This document shows positions 26,107 through 35,490 of a stretch of DNA of 43,068 nucleotides, one piece after another. The position numbers were made by a program, and so were the translations under genes. The notes under the pieces are model-generated. The model was not told where the DNA came from. It was given only the letters and a program-made list of their open reading frames with translations, and made no database searches. Origin of the DNA: a virus (lineage: Duplodnaviria > Caudoviricetes); IMG/VR virus record IMGVR_UViG_3300043173_000374, positions 1 through 43,068 of that record; one strand, given 5' to 3'. The number at the start of each line of letters is the position of its first letter. Position 1 is the stretch's first letter.

Positions 26107-26733
26107 TTATATTAAGTCTAAAGCGCCCCATTGGAGCGCCATTGCGTCCGCCCACCCATCATAAGTTTCACTTCTAAGCCTTTTGCGATCATCCCCTGGC
26201 GACATATACCATATTTTTTGCCTTTCTTTTACTGGCAACAGCATCATCTCGTCATAAACATCGTCTGTCACAGTCAGCGGCGGCAATCTGTCTAACCATA
26301 AGCATGTCTTCTTTTGCTCTTTATGCCCAAATTGCCAAGGGTGAATATACGTTGGTTTGCCCATTCGTTTTCTTGGTAGAACACCAACAGGGTTTTCCAG
26401 TGCGGCCCCTATCCTTGCCTCTTTCTTGGCGGTGTCCCACAATTTAACAGTCCACTCTATTGCCTCAATCCTTTCGTGATGCCTTTCTTTTGGGGATTCA
26501 TCTTTATTTATCCCATAAGTCCCATTGCCAGCAACAGTTAACGTAGTGCAATCAGGATGCAGTATGATAACATCCCAAGGGCCGTAAGCCATCAATGCCT
26601 CATAAATATCCATCTGCAAATGTTGTCCCGGCAAGCGCGTTGGGAGAATATCACAACTCCAAGCGTCGTGCCCGCGTGCGGCAAAAGCCTCTCTAACTTT
26701 CCCGTTTTCTTCACAACCTGCAAGGACCCTCAT
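26107..26733 (-). CDS. Short phage DNA cytosine methyltransferase-like protein
   Basis: MRVLAGCEENG, SCD, HPDCT, LENP, KKTCLWL and RSETY motifs. Confidence 0.75.
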   Translation of the reverse strand: MRVLAGCEENGKVREAFAARGHDAWSCDILPTRLPGQHLQMDIYEALMAYGPWDVIILHPDCTTLTVAGNGTYGINKDESPKERHHERIEAIEWTVKLWDTAKKEARIGAALENPVGVLPRKRMGKPTYIHPWQFGHKEQKKTCLWLDRLPPLTVTDDVYDEMMLLPVKERQKIWYMSPGDDRKRLRSETYDGWADAMALQWGALDLI

Positions 26734-28085
26734 CTCTTCATAGCCTCCATTAATAGGTCTTGAACACTTCGCTTAGTTTTTAACCGGGCCAACATGACCT
26801 GATCCGTTGTGTTCTCTGCCATTATATGATATATAAACACCGGTCTTTCATAACCGGATTGTAGCTGTCTTACCGGGCCAATACGCTCTATGATCTGATC
26901 ATACTTCTCAAGGTCCCAAGTGAGGGAGAAGAAGGCGATTATATTGCCGCCATCCTGTAAGTTAAGGCCATGCCCTGCGCTTGCGGGATGGGCGAACAGT
27001 ATTGGTATCTTGCCTTTGTTCCAATCGCTGATAGTTTTGTCTTCATCATCAAGCACCCTACCCTTTGGAAAATGTTTTTGAAGCCTTGCGAGATCAGACT
27101 TGAACCAATAAGATACGAGCACGGGCATCCCCCCGGCCTCGTTGATTATAGATTCAAGCGCTTCCAGCTTGGCTTTATGCACCTCCTTCCAGTTTTGTTT
27201 ATCATCTATATACACAGCGCCATTGGCTAACTGCGAACACTTATTGGATAACGCCGCTGCGTTGAATGCTTCTATCTCATGCTCTCCAAGATCAGCGTAC
27301 ATCTGTTGTTCGAACTGATCGTACAACTCACGAGCTTTCTTCGGGAGTTCTACTTCGATGTTGGTTACAATAGGCTCTTCAAGGTCGAAATAGTCCTTCG
27401 CTTTGAGCGTAAGGCATACGTCCGATATCTTCTGTTGTATCTCTTTTTCGGAGCCCTTACAGAGCGAATATGAGAACCCGTTCCAATCCTGTTTGAACCA
27501 CCTGTCCTTAAAAGCTGTGAACGTAGCACCCAGGCGTTCCCCGAAGTCCATGAACCACATCGGCCCCCACAGGCAGAGGTACCCGTTTGGTGCAGGGGTC
27601 CCGGTAAGATTAATCCATCGCTCTGTGCAACGAGCTACTTTCTTAAGAGATTTTGCTCTTTGCGCCCCGCCCCTAGATCTAAACCCTTTGAGCTTTGTCG
27701 ATTCATCTACAACAACAGTATCGAAAGGCCATCCCTTCTTACACTGATCGACGAGCCATACGAGGTTATCATAATTAATAGCATAGATGTCCGCTTTCGT
27801 CTTCAGGGCCCGTAGCCTTTCGTCGGGCTTGCCTAAGATCACTGAGACTGTAAGGTGCCTCGTATGCGCCCATTTGATGACTTCCTTTGGCCATACGCTC
27901 CTCGCTACTCGCTTCGGGGCGATGACGAGCATTCTGTCGGCTTCGCCTAGTAGCTTTAATGTGATGAAAGCATCCAGCACAGATACCGTCTTACCAAGGC
28001 CCATGTCCACGAACAGACTTGACCGGGGGTGTTGTATCAAGTGGCTGATAGCTATTTGCTGGTAGTCTCTAGGGGTGAAGTTCAC
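26730..28085 (-). CDS. SNF2-like / DEAD-box helicase
   Basis: DMGLGKT, VVDES, LTGTP, SAGHGLNLQ, QIIERIG. Confidence 0.93.
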   Translation of the reverse strand: MNFTPRDYQQIAISHLIQHPRSSLFVDMGLGKTVSVLDAFITLKLLGEADRMLVIAPKRVARSVWPKEVIKWAHTRHLTVSVILGKPDERLRALKTKADIYAINYDNLVWLVDQCKKGWPFDTVVVDESTKLKGFRSRGGAQRAKSLKKVARCTERWINLTGTPAPNGYLCLWGPMWFMDFGERLGATFTAFKDRWFKQDWNGFSYSLCKGSEKEIQQKISDVCLTLKAKDYFDLEEPIVTNIEVELPKKARELYDQFEQQMYADLGEHEIEAFNAAALSNKCSQLANGAVYIDDKQNWKEVHKAKLEALESIINEAGGMPVLVSYWFKSDLARLQKHFPKGRVLDDEDKTISDWNKGKIPILFAHPASAGHGLNLQDGGNIIAFFSLTWDLEKYDQIIERIGPVRQLQSGYERPVFIYHIMAENTTDQVMLARLKTKRSVQDLLMEAMKR

Positions 28086-28459
28086 TCAGTAAACTCCGGG
28101 CATTTTTCATCTAAAGGGACCTCTTGGCGCTGCTCATGTTCGCAATTATTACACGCGCGCACCCATCTCGTAATGGGAGTCCACACTTTGCCTAAGAAGT
28201 TTTCAGCATTATACCCATCACAAGTTGCCTGCGACCGATCCCTGCGTATTGGTACTGTATAGATGTGTTCTTTACCGCCCTCGATACAGTCTAATCGCGC
28301 AGTAGAATACGTCACCGCAATATCTACTTCTAACGCAAAAGTTTCGTCGCAATGGTGGCAATCAATATTGCGCCCATTATCCTCGTTATATTCCCAACTA
28401 TCAGAAAATTTATGTTGGCAATACGGGCAAGTTATTTCTCTTTCGTAGTCTGTACCCAT
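28082..28459 (-). CDS. Zinc-ribbon protein
   Basis: CPYC, CHHC and CNNC motifs. Confidence 0.7.
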   Translation of the reverse strand: MGTDYEREITCPYCQHKFSDSWEYNEDNGRNIDCHHCDETFALEVDIAVTYSTARLDCIEGGKEHIYTVPIRRDRSQATCDGYNAENFLGKVWTPITRWVRACNNCEHEQRQEVPLDEKCPEFTE

Positions 28460-28719
28460 CCATCCACTCCTTCCTTACTGTCAATTATATCAACCTGAAA
28501 GCCCAATGCTCTCAAGCGCCCATGTTCTCTTAACTGCCCTTCTGTCGGCTTCTTGCCGGGAGCTTTCAGCTCTACGAAAAAAACTCTGTCCATAGGGAGT
28601 AGCACTAAGCGATCTGGTACACTCCTTCGGCCCGGAGATGTGAACTTATAAGCTAAGCCTTTCAGCTTCTCCTTCACCTGACGGACGAAGTATGCCTCGA
28701 TGTGTTTTTCTAACCTCAA
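28432..28719 (-). CDS. VRR-NUC nuclease (probable TTG start at 28719)
   Basis: EKHIE, SPGRRSVPDRL, FVELKAPG. Confidence 0.88.
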   Translation of the reverse strand: MRLEKHIEAYFVRQVKEKLKGLAYKFTSPGRRSVPDRLVLLPMDRVFFVELKAPGKKPTEGQLREHGRLRALGFQVDIIDSKEGVDGWVQTTKEK

Positions 28720-28892
28720 TTTGCCCCAAAACCATATTTGAAATAGAACCAATTTGCTACTCTACTCTTAGCGTCGGGATCAAATTCCTTAGCGTCAGGA
28801 GAATCCATGACCGCCTTGAGAAGAGCCAGGCAATCTATTTCTTTATCTCCTGTAACGTTCGCCGATACGGTTTTTACTAACTGTTCAGTCAT
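28716..28892 (-). CDS. Hypothetical protein (58 aa)
   Basis: AAGGAG RBS before MTEQ; fills the gap after the polymerase. Confidence 0.55.
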   Translation of the reverse strand: MTEQLVKTVSANVTGDKEIDCLALLKAVMDSPDAKEFDPDAKSRVANWFYFKYGFGAN

Positions 28893-28896
28893 AGCC

Positions 28897-30837
28897 CTAC
28901 TCCTTCCTATACCTATAAGTTTCAAAGCCCGCAGCCGCAAGCGGCAAGCCTTCAGCCCAATCGGGGTTTGTTGCAAGGATCTTACTAAGCTCTTTTTCGC
29001 TGTACTCGTCTGTATCAGGGACTTCTGTAACCAACTCATCGTGAACTGTGAGAACTATATCATATCCCAACTGCTCCGTTTCAAGCATAGCGTGAGCCAT
29101 AATATCTCTGCTCAAGCTCTGAGTTACATTCTCTGCGAACTTCCCGCCCCAAGTTGATATCCTTTCCCATTTGCGGGTATACTGATTGTTACCCATGTAC
29201 GTTACGTTATTGTCGAAGTCTACCTCCGGCCTGAAGTAGCAGAGCACTTGGCCCGACGGCATCCTCATTAAGAGCCATTGCTTTACTCGGCGGAACGCAA
29301 GGCGCTCTACGGGGAAATTTACACCAGGGTTTTTGATCGCCTTGATCGCTGCCTTTTCCAGCTCGTACCACAACGATACTATCTTAGGGTTGGCCTTGCG
29401 CCATGCTTTGACATTAGCCAATACCTGTTCTTCCGGTAGCTCTACGCCATAAGCTGAAGACATAGCGTTGAACGCTCCAACCGAGCCCCCATAGCCGCAG
29501 CTTAATTCGAGTACCTTCCCGATCTGCCTGTCGGCTTTTGTTACCTTCTCAACGGGTACCTTAAACGCTTTGGCGTATGTCAGGTTATACATATCGTGCC
29601 CGAAGCCTTTATCAAAAGCCTCAAACGCCGCTACCTTCCAATGTTCATTGGCGAGCCACGCGAGTACCCTTCCCTCAATATTACTAAGGTCAGAGACAAC
29701 CAGCTTTTTACCTGGAGAAGCTACAATCGACCCCCGGACCGCACTGGCCGCAAGCTCCATGATATTATCGAATAGCAGATCCTCACACCCGGCCTTCATC
29801 GCCGCTATGCCTAACGCTAAATCCTCATTGCTGAAAGATGATCTCTTTAAGTTTTGAGGCTGAAATATGCGTCCACTCCAACGCCTTGTGCGACTTGCCC
29901 CGTCCATCTGCAACGTGCCCTTGAGTCTGCCGTCAGACGCTACCGCGTTCATGAGGGAGGTGTATTTCGCAGCGGAGGTCTTGCTTGCCTTCTGTCGTAT
30001 GCTGAGTAATCTTTTAACAGGATCAAGGATATCGTCATTATCCAGGGCCTCTTCGACATCTGCCTTTGTGAGCCCATCCATCTTTAAGCCATACTCATCA
30101 TAGATATGAGCTAATAGCTTATCGCGCTGTGTCGCCTTGGTGACAGCACCTTCTGTTAACTGTGTTATCTCCATAGCTAACTGCTCTTGGCATCTGTCCG
30201 TAGCTCTGATAGCCGCCTCAGCAAGCTCGGTGTCTACAGCAAACCCTCTGTCATTAATCACTTGGTCTAAATGGTATAGTTCAAGTTCTCTGCCTGAATA
30301 ATTCCAATCGGGTAATAGCTTCCAGATGTGGCGCATGGTCGCGACGTCCTGCCTTGCGTACTCAATAAAACGCGCCCACTCTTCGGGGTGGGTATGTCGG
30401 TCATAGCGATTAGCTTTGTGGTTCTTCGGTGCGGGCTTACAAAAGCGCTGTATGAGCTTCTTACCATCTTTGAGCTTCGCCATGTCTGATGAAAGCCCTA
30501 TGGCGCTGCCGAGATCAGCTAATGCGCCGGGAAGAGAAAGGCTGTAAGCTTTGACCATAGAACATCGCCATCTCTTAATGGCAGTATCGATACCGAGAGC
30601 GTACTTGAGAACATTGCGGTCGAACATTGCGTTATGAGCTAGGGTAGCATCGCCACCATGTTCTAACCATTTTGTAAATTCTTTAGGGATATGCTCGCAA
30701 GTTGCATCCCAAACCTCTACCGGATCATCGCCTATCGCATAAGCCATAAGCAATACCTCACAGTTCTCCGCGTATCGGTACGTGCCTGCCTTCCTGATAT
30801 CCAGTTCGCTATACGTTTCGAAGTCGAGGTAAATCAT
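28897..30837 (-). CDS. Family A DNA polymerase with 3'-5' exonuclease (APSE-like)
   Basis: DFET, AHNAMFD, DLSNIEGR (motif A), RQIGKVLELSCGYGG (motif B), VHDE (motif C). Confidence 0.95.
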   Translation of the reverse strand: MIYLDFETYSELDIRKAGTYRYAENCEVLLMAYAIGDDPVEVWDATCEHIPKEFTKWLEHGGDATLAHNAMFDRNVLKYALGIDTAIKRWRCSMVKAYSLSLPGALADLGSAIGLSSDMAKLKDGKKLIQRFCKPAPKNHKANRYDRHTHPEEWARFIEYARQDVATMRHIWKLLPDWNYSGRELELYHLDQVINDRGFAVDTELAEAAIRATDRCQEQLAMEITQLTEGAVTKATQRDKLLAHIYDEYGLKMDGLTKADVEEALDNDDILDPVKRLLSIRQKASKTSAAKYTSLMNAVASDGRLKGTLQMDGASRTRRWSGRIFQPQNLKRSSFSNEDLALGIAAMKAGCEDLLFDNIMELAASAVRGSIVASPGKKLVVSDLSNIEGRVLAWLANEHWKVAAFEAFDKGFGHDMYNLTYAKAFKVPVEKVTKADRQIGKVLELSCGYGGSVGAFNAMSSAYGVELPEEQVLANVKAWRKANPKIVSLWYELEKAAIKAIKNPGVNFPVERLAFRRVKQWLLMRMPSGQVLCYFRPEVDFDNNVTYMGNNQYTRKWERISTWGGKFAENVTQSLSRDIMAHAMLETEQLGYDIVLTVHDELVTEVPDTDEYSEKELSKILATNPDWAEGLPLAAAGFETYRYRKE

Positions 30838-31091
30838 CTTTTATATATCTCTTTCCATTTGTAAAGCCTTTTGAGCCGCGTTGAAACTTCATGTGCCCAA
30901 TACTTTAATATCATGCAACTATCCCCTTCAATTACTACCCAAGGGCATGTCCCACACTCTTGAAGTTTGTCCCTGCTCTCCATAATTTCGCATAAAGGAC
31001 ATTCCTCAGGCTCGTGATCCTGTTTTTCATACGATCTTATCAGCTCGTTTATCGCTACAAGATACTGCCTTTTATATTTGATTTTTCCCAT
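30834..31091 (-). CDS. Cys-motif hypothetical protein
   Basis: CPLC and CGTCPW motifs. Confidence 0.65.
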   Translation of the reverse strand: MGKIKYKRQYLVAINELIRSYEKQDHEPEECPLCEIMESRDKLQECGTCPWVVIEGDSCMILKYWAHEVSTRLKRLYKWKEIYKR

Positions 31092-31101
31092 AATCCCCTC
31101 C

Positions 31102-31359
31102 TTATATTATCTTCTGCCCGTTAAGAACCAACAGCTTCAAGCTAAATGGCGCTCTCTTTAATGTTTCGATTGCTTCACGGCAGCCAGCTTTAGCCCTGTC
31201 GATTAAAGCTTTTCTATCCTTCGCCTCGTCGTCCGTGATAACAGGGTCGCTCTCCCAGGATTGCTTATCCGTAAACTTCCTCTTTTTGCTGTGAGGCTTT
31301 CCCTTGTACCTGTCTCTCATATGCTTATCCAAAGCTGTGAAGTTAAAATCATAACCCAT
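31102..31359 (-). CDS. Hypothetical protein
   Basis: GGAGG RBS; co-oriented. Confidence 0.65.
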   Translation of the reverse strand: MGYDFNFTALDKHMRDRYKGKPHSKKRKFTDKQSWESDPVITDDEAKDRKALIDRAKAGCREAIETLKRAPFSLKLLVLNGQKII

Positions 31360-31399
31360 GTGCGCCTCCTCCTATTTTAGTTTTTGTCTTTAAACTAAA

Positions 31400-31636
31400 T
31401 TAAGCCGCCTGTTTTTTATACATTATGAACTCGCTTTGATCGTCCTTTACCAATAGCATCTTCCACCCGGCACCCCTGAACTTCTTGACCCGGAATACTT
31501 CAACCCCTCTTAGCGGAGTATCTATTGGTAAACCTTTCTTCTTCAAAGCTTTCTTGATGTCAGCTTTGGTAGTCCAAGTAAGGTCGCACCCTTGCCACTG
31601 TTCTTTTCCTTTTAACGCCGCGAAAGCTCCTACCAT
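31400..31636 (-). CDS. Hypothetical protein
   Basis: AGGAGG RBS. Confidence 0.6.
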   Translation of the reverse strand: MVGAFAALKGKEQWQGCDLTWTTKADIKKALKKKGLPIDTPLRGVEVFRVKKFRGAGWKMLLVKDDQSEFIMYKKQAA

Positions 31637-31663
31637 TTTTTCCTCCTATCAAATAAAATTAGT

Positions 31664-31927
31664 TGCCGGTTCCCCTGATTGTTATATTTCTCCCTCTCCT
31701 CCATCCTGTTCGCCTCTCCCCGTCCGATAAATGTCGCCGTGAAATTGGTGCGACGATGTTGGTGTTATGTTGTGCATTACACTATCATGAAAATGCACAT
31801 ACTCTTCTCTTGTTTCAAACGTTAACGTAACAGAAAACGGCCTGAACTTATCTTTCTGCTTTTCTACTTCAATTTTGTATTTCATATATCCTCCATGTTT
31901 AAAGTTAATATGCCGGTTCCCCTGATT
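31664..31927. repeat. 17-bp direct repeats (TGCCGGTTCCCCTGATT) at 31664-31680 and 31911-31927, flanking one gene
   Basis: Exact match of the two copies. Confidence 0.8.
31682..31885 (-). CDS. Hypothetical protein
   Basis: GGAGG RBS; lies between the repeats. Confidence 0.65.
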   Translation of the reverse strand: MKYKIEVEKQKDKFRPFSVTLTFETREEYVHFHDSVMHNITPTSSHQFHGDIYRTGRGEQDGGEGEI

Positions 31928-31987
31928 TATTGGTACAAGGGGGCATTTCGTACCGGCTGACCCGTCTAGCCCCGTATTATGTTAACT

Positions 31988-32551
31988 TTAGAAAAGTTCG
32001 TTCACATCACCCTCGACAGCTTCGAGCTCCTCGAACTCATCCGCTGTGGCCGGTGCGCTGCCGCTGAACGCATCGCCGTCAGCTACAAACTGAACGCCTC
32101 TGAGCTGTGCATTCATACGCTTACCGAACTTATTGTCCTGAGCCCATATCTCGATGCTTGCGTTCACCACGCAGCCTCCGTAAGGCTTACCGCTATCGGC
32201 TGTGAGATCGGCTCTGTTCCTGTCGATAACCTTGGGAGGACCGTCTTTAGCGTTCCGGCCAGCGGTAATGTACATCATGTTCTCAAAGCCGTCATACTCA
32301 GTCTTGTCGTTACCGTCGCGCAGACAGAGCTTACCCGTAGACGCAAGAGTTTTCATGATGCCGTCTGCTTTGGCGCCCCACTTCTCCTTGGCTACTACAG
32401 CCATGTTCGCCTTGATCTCAGCTATGAGATCCTTGCTCTTTTCCGGGTCGAGGATGAAGGTGGCGCCAAAGCGGGGATTCCCGCCTTCAAACGCCTTCGC
32501 CTCGTATAAATCGGGAAAAGCTATCCTTGCATTTGTTATTGCTTGTTTCAT
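31988..32551 (-). CDS. ssDNA-binding protein (DUF2815-like)
   Basis: LRDG, YGGCVVNASI, LRGVQFVADGDAF and an acidic tail ending in F. Confidence 0.88.
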   Translation of the reverse strand: MKQAITNARIAFPDLYEAKAFEGGNPRFGATFILDPEKSKDLIAEIKANMAVVAKEKWGAKADGIMKTLASTGKLCLRDGNDKTEYDGFENMMYITAGRNAKDGPPKVIDRNRADLTADSGKPYGGCVVNASIEIWAQDNKFGKRMNAQLRGVQFVADGDAFSGSAPATADEFEELEAVEGDVNELF

Positions 32552-32581
32552 AGTTCTACTCCTTTTCTTTCGTTTAAGGGT

Positions 32582-33109
32582 TTATTGTTTGTTTTCGCAA
32601 TCTTCAAGCCGTTTCTTCTCGATATCATTGCATTCTTTAGCAATCTCCTTGTGATTCGCTTTCATCACATAACGCCTTATCATGGCATCGTCAAGATGAT
32701 CACTCACGTTAATAAGTGTATCACCTTCCTCTTTTCCGAACTCTGCCTTAACATCTTTATCAATTATTGTCTTTCCCATTTTGTCCTCCTGTTTAAGTGT
32801 TAAGTTATTATCTTCTAGATACATATCCAGAGCCTCGTCACACGGGCCGCTGCCTTCACAATGACTGCTTGTTTCAAAATGCGATCTGCAAAAATCGCAG
32901 ACATCTTCGTGTATATCATCAATATCTACCTCTGTTTCTGCCATCTCCTCCTCTTTTCGTTTTATTGGTTTATTTGATATTGGTCTGTACCATCCAGATG
33001 ATTTGCCACCATGTTTTTCACATCTCCCTGTGAAGCTCTTGACTAGACAGCCATTAGCATTATCATTAACTCGATGTGCACAATCATCTATCCTACATTT
33101 TTCTTCCAC
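32582..33109 (-). CDS. Cys-rich hypothetical protein with internal in-frame starts
   Basis: RBS at the start plus two internal GGAGG+ATG sites. Confidence 0.55.
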   Translation of the reverse strand: MEEKCRIDDCAHRVNDNANGCLVKSFTGRCEKHGGKSSGWYRPISNKPIKRKEEEMAETEVDIDDIHEDVCDFCRSHFETSSHCEGSGPCDEALDMYLEDNNLTLKQEDKMGKTIIDKDVKAEFGKEEGDTLINVSDHLDDAMIRRYVMKANHKEIAKECNDIEKKRLEDCENKQ

Positions 33110-33126
33110 CTATTCTCGCCTCCTCT

Positions 33127-34296
33127 CTATCCTAAATCTTCAAAGTCTTCAGCTACATCGCTAATAGCTATTCGCTTATCGTCTATTGGCGCTATAACTG
33201 CTTTGCCCTCAGCCTGTACGATTAGAGAGGCTACCCTCCCCCACTGCTTGTCTCTACCTTTCAGTATCTTTGCAATCTTAGAGGGAGATTTGAGCTTCTT
33301 ATCGTACATCTCATCGATCTTGAGGCGCATCTTTTTCATAAGCTTGATAGCCTCGCCCTCATCTCTGAAAGCCCGGTTCCCTTTCTTACCTGTTACCAGC
33401 TTATGCGTTTCAGTCTTACCGCCTTGAACCAGCTCGAACATCCTTGATCTCACTTCAGAGCAAAAGCTCTTCATGTAGTTCTCGGCGTACTCAAGTTGGC
33501 TGTAGATCTCAGGTATCCTCTCATCGGATATTAAGAAAGAGCCTTCAGTTATTAGCACTTCGCTTTTGGTAAGGTCCTCAAAGTCTGCGCCGATGATCTC
33601 ATCCATGTGCTTCTTAGCGGCAGGGCAATCGTTCTTTGCCTTGCACCAACAGCATTGTTTTTCTCCAGCTATGAGCCCTGCGTCGGGAAGCATGGTTATC
33701 TCAGCGCAGGTCTTGGCTCTCCCTGCGAAGTCCATAAGGTCTTCGATTAAAAGCTCTGCCTCAGAGATATGACCGAGCCTCGGCTGATGGATTACCATTT
33801 TAACTGAATGGTAATCGTCAAGAGCTGAGAACTGATGGTACGCGCCAAGAGCATACAATAGAAGCTGCTCGTTACCTGGGGCCTCTACTTTCTTCATGCC
33901 GTACTTGAGGTCATGTATCTCTATGACACCATCACCAAGTAGTACGACATCCGACGTACCAAAACCCTCCGGGACCCACCTTGAGAAGTCCACCCTGCAC
34001 TCGACAAGAAGCTCTTTGCCTTTAGCTCTGCGCCTTATCTCATCAATATATACTTGAGTGTAATCGATCATCTCATTATCGATGGTGATATGCTCGTACT
34101 CAGGCATTACCGAGTGCAGGAAGTCTATCGAATCTTTGTCAAACTCAAGACACTTCGCAGAGACATCGTGCGCCACTGTACCCTGATCTGCATTAGGGTT
34201 TGATGTATCGGGGTAGGGTGCCTCCATCCGTGGCGACCCAGGGCAATGCATCCACCTGTGCGCTGAGGACGGCGACCGCTTCGCGTGATTAGCCAT
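33127..34296 (-). CDS. DUF2800 Cas4-like / PD-(D/E)xK exonuclease
   Basis: HAKRSPSSAHRW, GTVAH, GTSD, DLKYG, QLLLYA, CCWC...C. Confidence 0.9.
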   Translation of the reverse strand: MANHAKRSPSSAHRWMHCPGSPRMEAPYPDTSNPNADQGTVAHDVSAKCLEFDKDSIDFLHSVMPEYEHITIDNEMIDYTQVYIDEIRRRAKGKELLVECRVDFSRWVPEGFGTSDVVLLGDGVIEIHDLKYGMKKVEAPGNEQLLLYALGAYHQFSALDDYHSVKMVIHQPRLGHISEAELLIEDLMDFAGRAKTCAEITMLPDAGLIAGEKQCCWCKAKNDCPAAKKHMDEIIGADFEDLTKSEVLITEGSFLISDERIPEIYSQLEYAENYMKSFCSEVRSRMFELVQGGKTETHKLVTGKKGNRAFRDEGEAIKLMKKMRLKIDEMYDKKLKSPSKIAKILKGRDKQWGRVASLIVQAEGKAVIAPIDDKRIAISDVAEDFEDLG

Positions 34297-34657
34297 TGAG
34301 CGCCACCTCTAATTTCTCCAACAAAGCAGGATAGTCCGCCTCAGAGACTTCCGTAACTTTCGCAGCGTCAAACCCACCCAGGATGTCCAGCACCTTGTCC
34401 CGACCCTTTGGCGATGCGGAGGCCAGTTTTACTACCACAGCCTTAATCTCATCAAAGGTGTCTGAGGTAGGTTTCGCGGCCTCCTCTTTAACCTCCTTCT
34501 GCTCTTTCTCAGGCTCTTTCTTCTTGGTTGTTGCCTTTTTCTTCACCTCCTTTTCCGGCTTGCAGCAATCCGCTTTATCGCTTGACTGCCCTTTCATTAC
34601 ATCTGCTAACATTTTGATATTAGCTGATAGCGCGTCGATCTTATCTTCTAATGACAT
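34289..34657 (-). CDS. Hypothetical protein typical of the position upstream of DUF2800
   Basis: MSLE...Lys-rich linker...AAKVTEVSEADY. Confidence 0.75.
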   Translation of the reverse strand: MSLEDKIDALSANIKMLADVMKGQSSDKADCCKPEKEVKKKATTKKKEPEKEQKEVKEEAAKPTSDTFDEIKAVVVKLASASPKGRDKVLDILGGFDAAKVTEVSEADYPALLEKLEVALNG

Positions 34658-34708
34658 CTTTTCTCTCCTCTCTATTATTTGTTTGACTTCTAATCACGAC
34701 TGAGCAAT

Positions 34709-34738
34709 ACTTTATTACAAGTTAAAACTTGTTGTCAA
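34709..34738 (-). promoter_or_regulatory. Leftward promoter with a palindromic operator in the spacer
   Basis: TTGACA-18 nt-TAAAGT on the minus strand; ACAAGT-TAAA-ACTTGT at 34717-34732. Confidence 0.65.
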
Positions 34739-34794
34739 GAGAAAAGTGTGTTAGTATGCATTTTATTTTAAATAGAAAGGAGGGAGAAGACGAA

Positions 34795-34986
34795 ATGGAT
34801 GAGAAAAAAGCAAGAGAGATATTAGTGGATGATATTATGGGTGACAATAGTTTGGGCAATGGCTACAGGTATTTGTCTTGGGTTGTTGGCGAGGATGAAG
34901 TGACTCTTGATGCTGAGTTTTCAGCTGATGAATTAGAGGCTATTGCTTGGTGGATGAGGAATATGAAAGCGCCAAAGGAGGGCTAG
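34795..34986 (+). CDS. Hypothetical protein
   Basis: GGAGGGAG RBS before MDEKK; LEAIAWWM motif. Confidence 0.65.
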   Translation: MDEKKAREILVDDIMGDNSLGNGYRYLSWVVGEDEVTLDAEFSADELEAIAWWMRNMKAPKEG

Positions 34987-35142
34987 ATGCAAAAAGCTCA
35001 GATAGAACTGATTAAAAGAAGCACAGGGATTCACCCGGACCATGAGGAGTTAACTTTTAGGGATCTGCTCATAGAGGCTGCCCGACAGCTTAGAACTGTT
35101 TGCTTTACGCTGATAGCTTTGTGGCTTTTGGGGATAATATAA
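34987..35142 (+). CDS. Small protein with C-terminal hydrophobic segment (51 aa)
   Basis: AAGGAGG RBS; read from sequence. Confidence 0.5.
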   Translation: MQKAQIELIKRSTGIHPDHEELTFRDLLIEAARQLRTVCFTLIALWLLGII

Positions 35143-35165
35143 CGATTGAATTGAGGAGCAAGCGG

Positions 35166-35414
35166 ATGAATGAACTTGATACAAAGATAAATGAAATAGT
35201 AGGTGAGGTAGCAAATGGGGGTGGGGCTATTGATGGGACTATTAAAATAATGGCCCTTATAACCACAACAGACGGTGAAAGGATAAAAGAGTTGGAAGCA
35301 TGGATAGTAGATTGCCGAGATAAACTACTTTACCCACTAGCGTTTGAAAACAGTGCTAATGGGAGACTTGCAGAAGAATTTGGGGCGAGCACAGTTAAAA
35401 TATTAAGTGCATAA
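35166..35414 (+). CDS. Hypothetical protein
   Basis: GAGGAG RBS before MNELD. Confidence 0.6.
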   Translation: MNELDTKINEIVGEVANGGGAIDGTIKIMALITTTDGERIKELEAWIVDCRDKLLYPLAFENSANGRLAEEFGASTVKILSA

Positions 35415-35490
35415 CCGTTACTATGTTCCCGAAGATTGTTTCGGAGACATAGCCTAAGTACTTGATTAAAAAAGGAGGTATTAAAGTTAA

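Noticed and set aside
33127-34296. CRISPR-associated Cas4
   Set aside because: This is the DUF2800-type nuclease of the standard phage replication block; no array or other cas genes are present.
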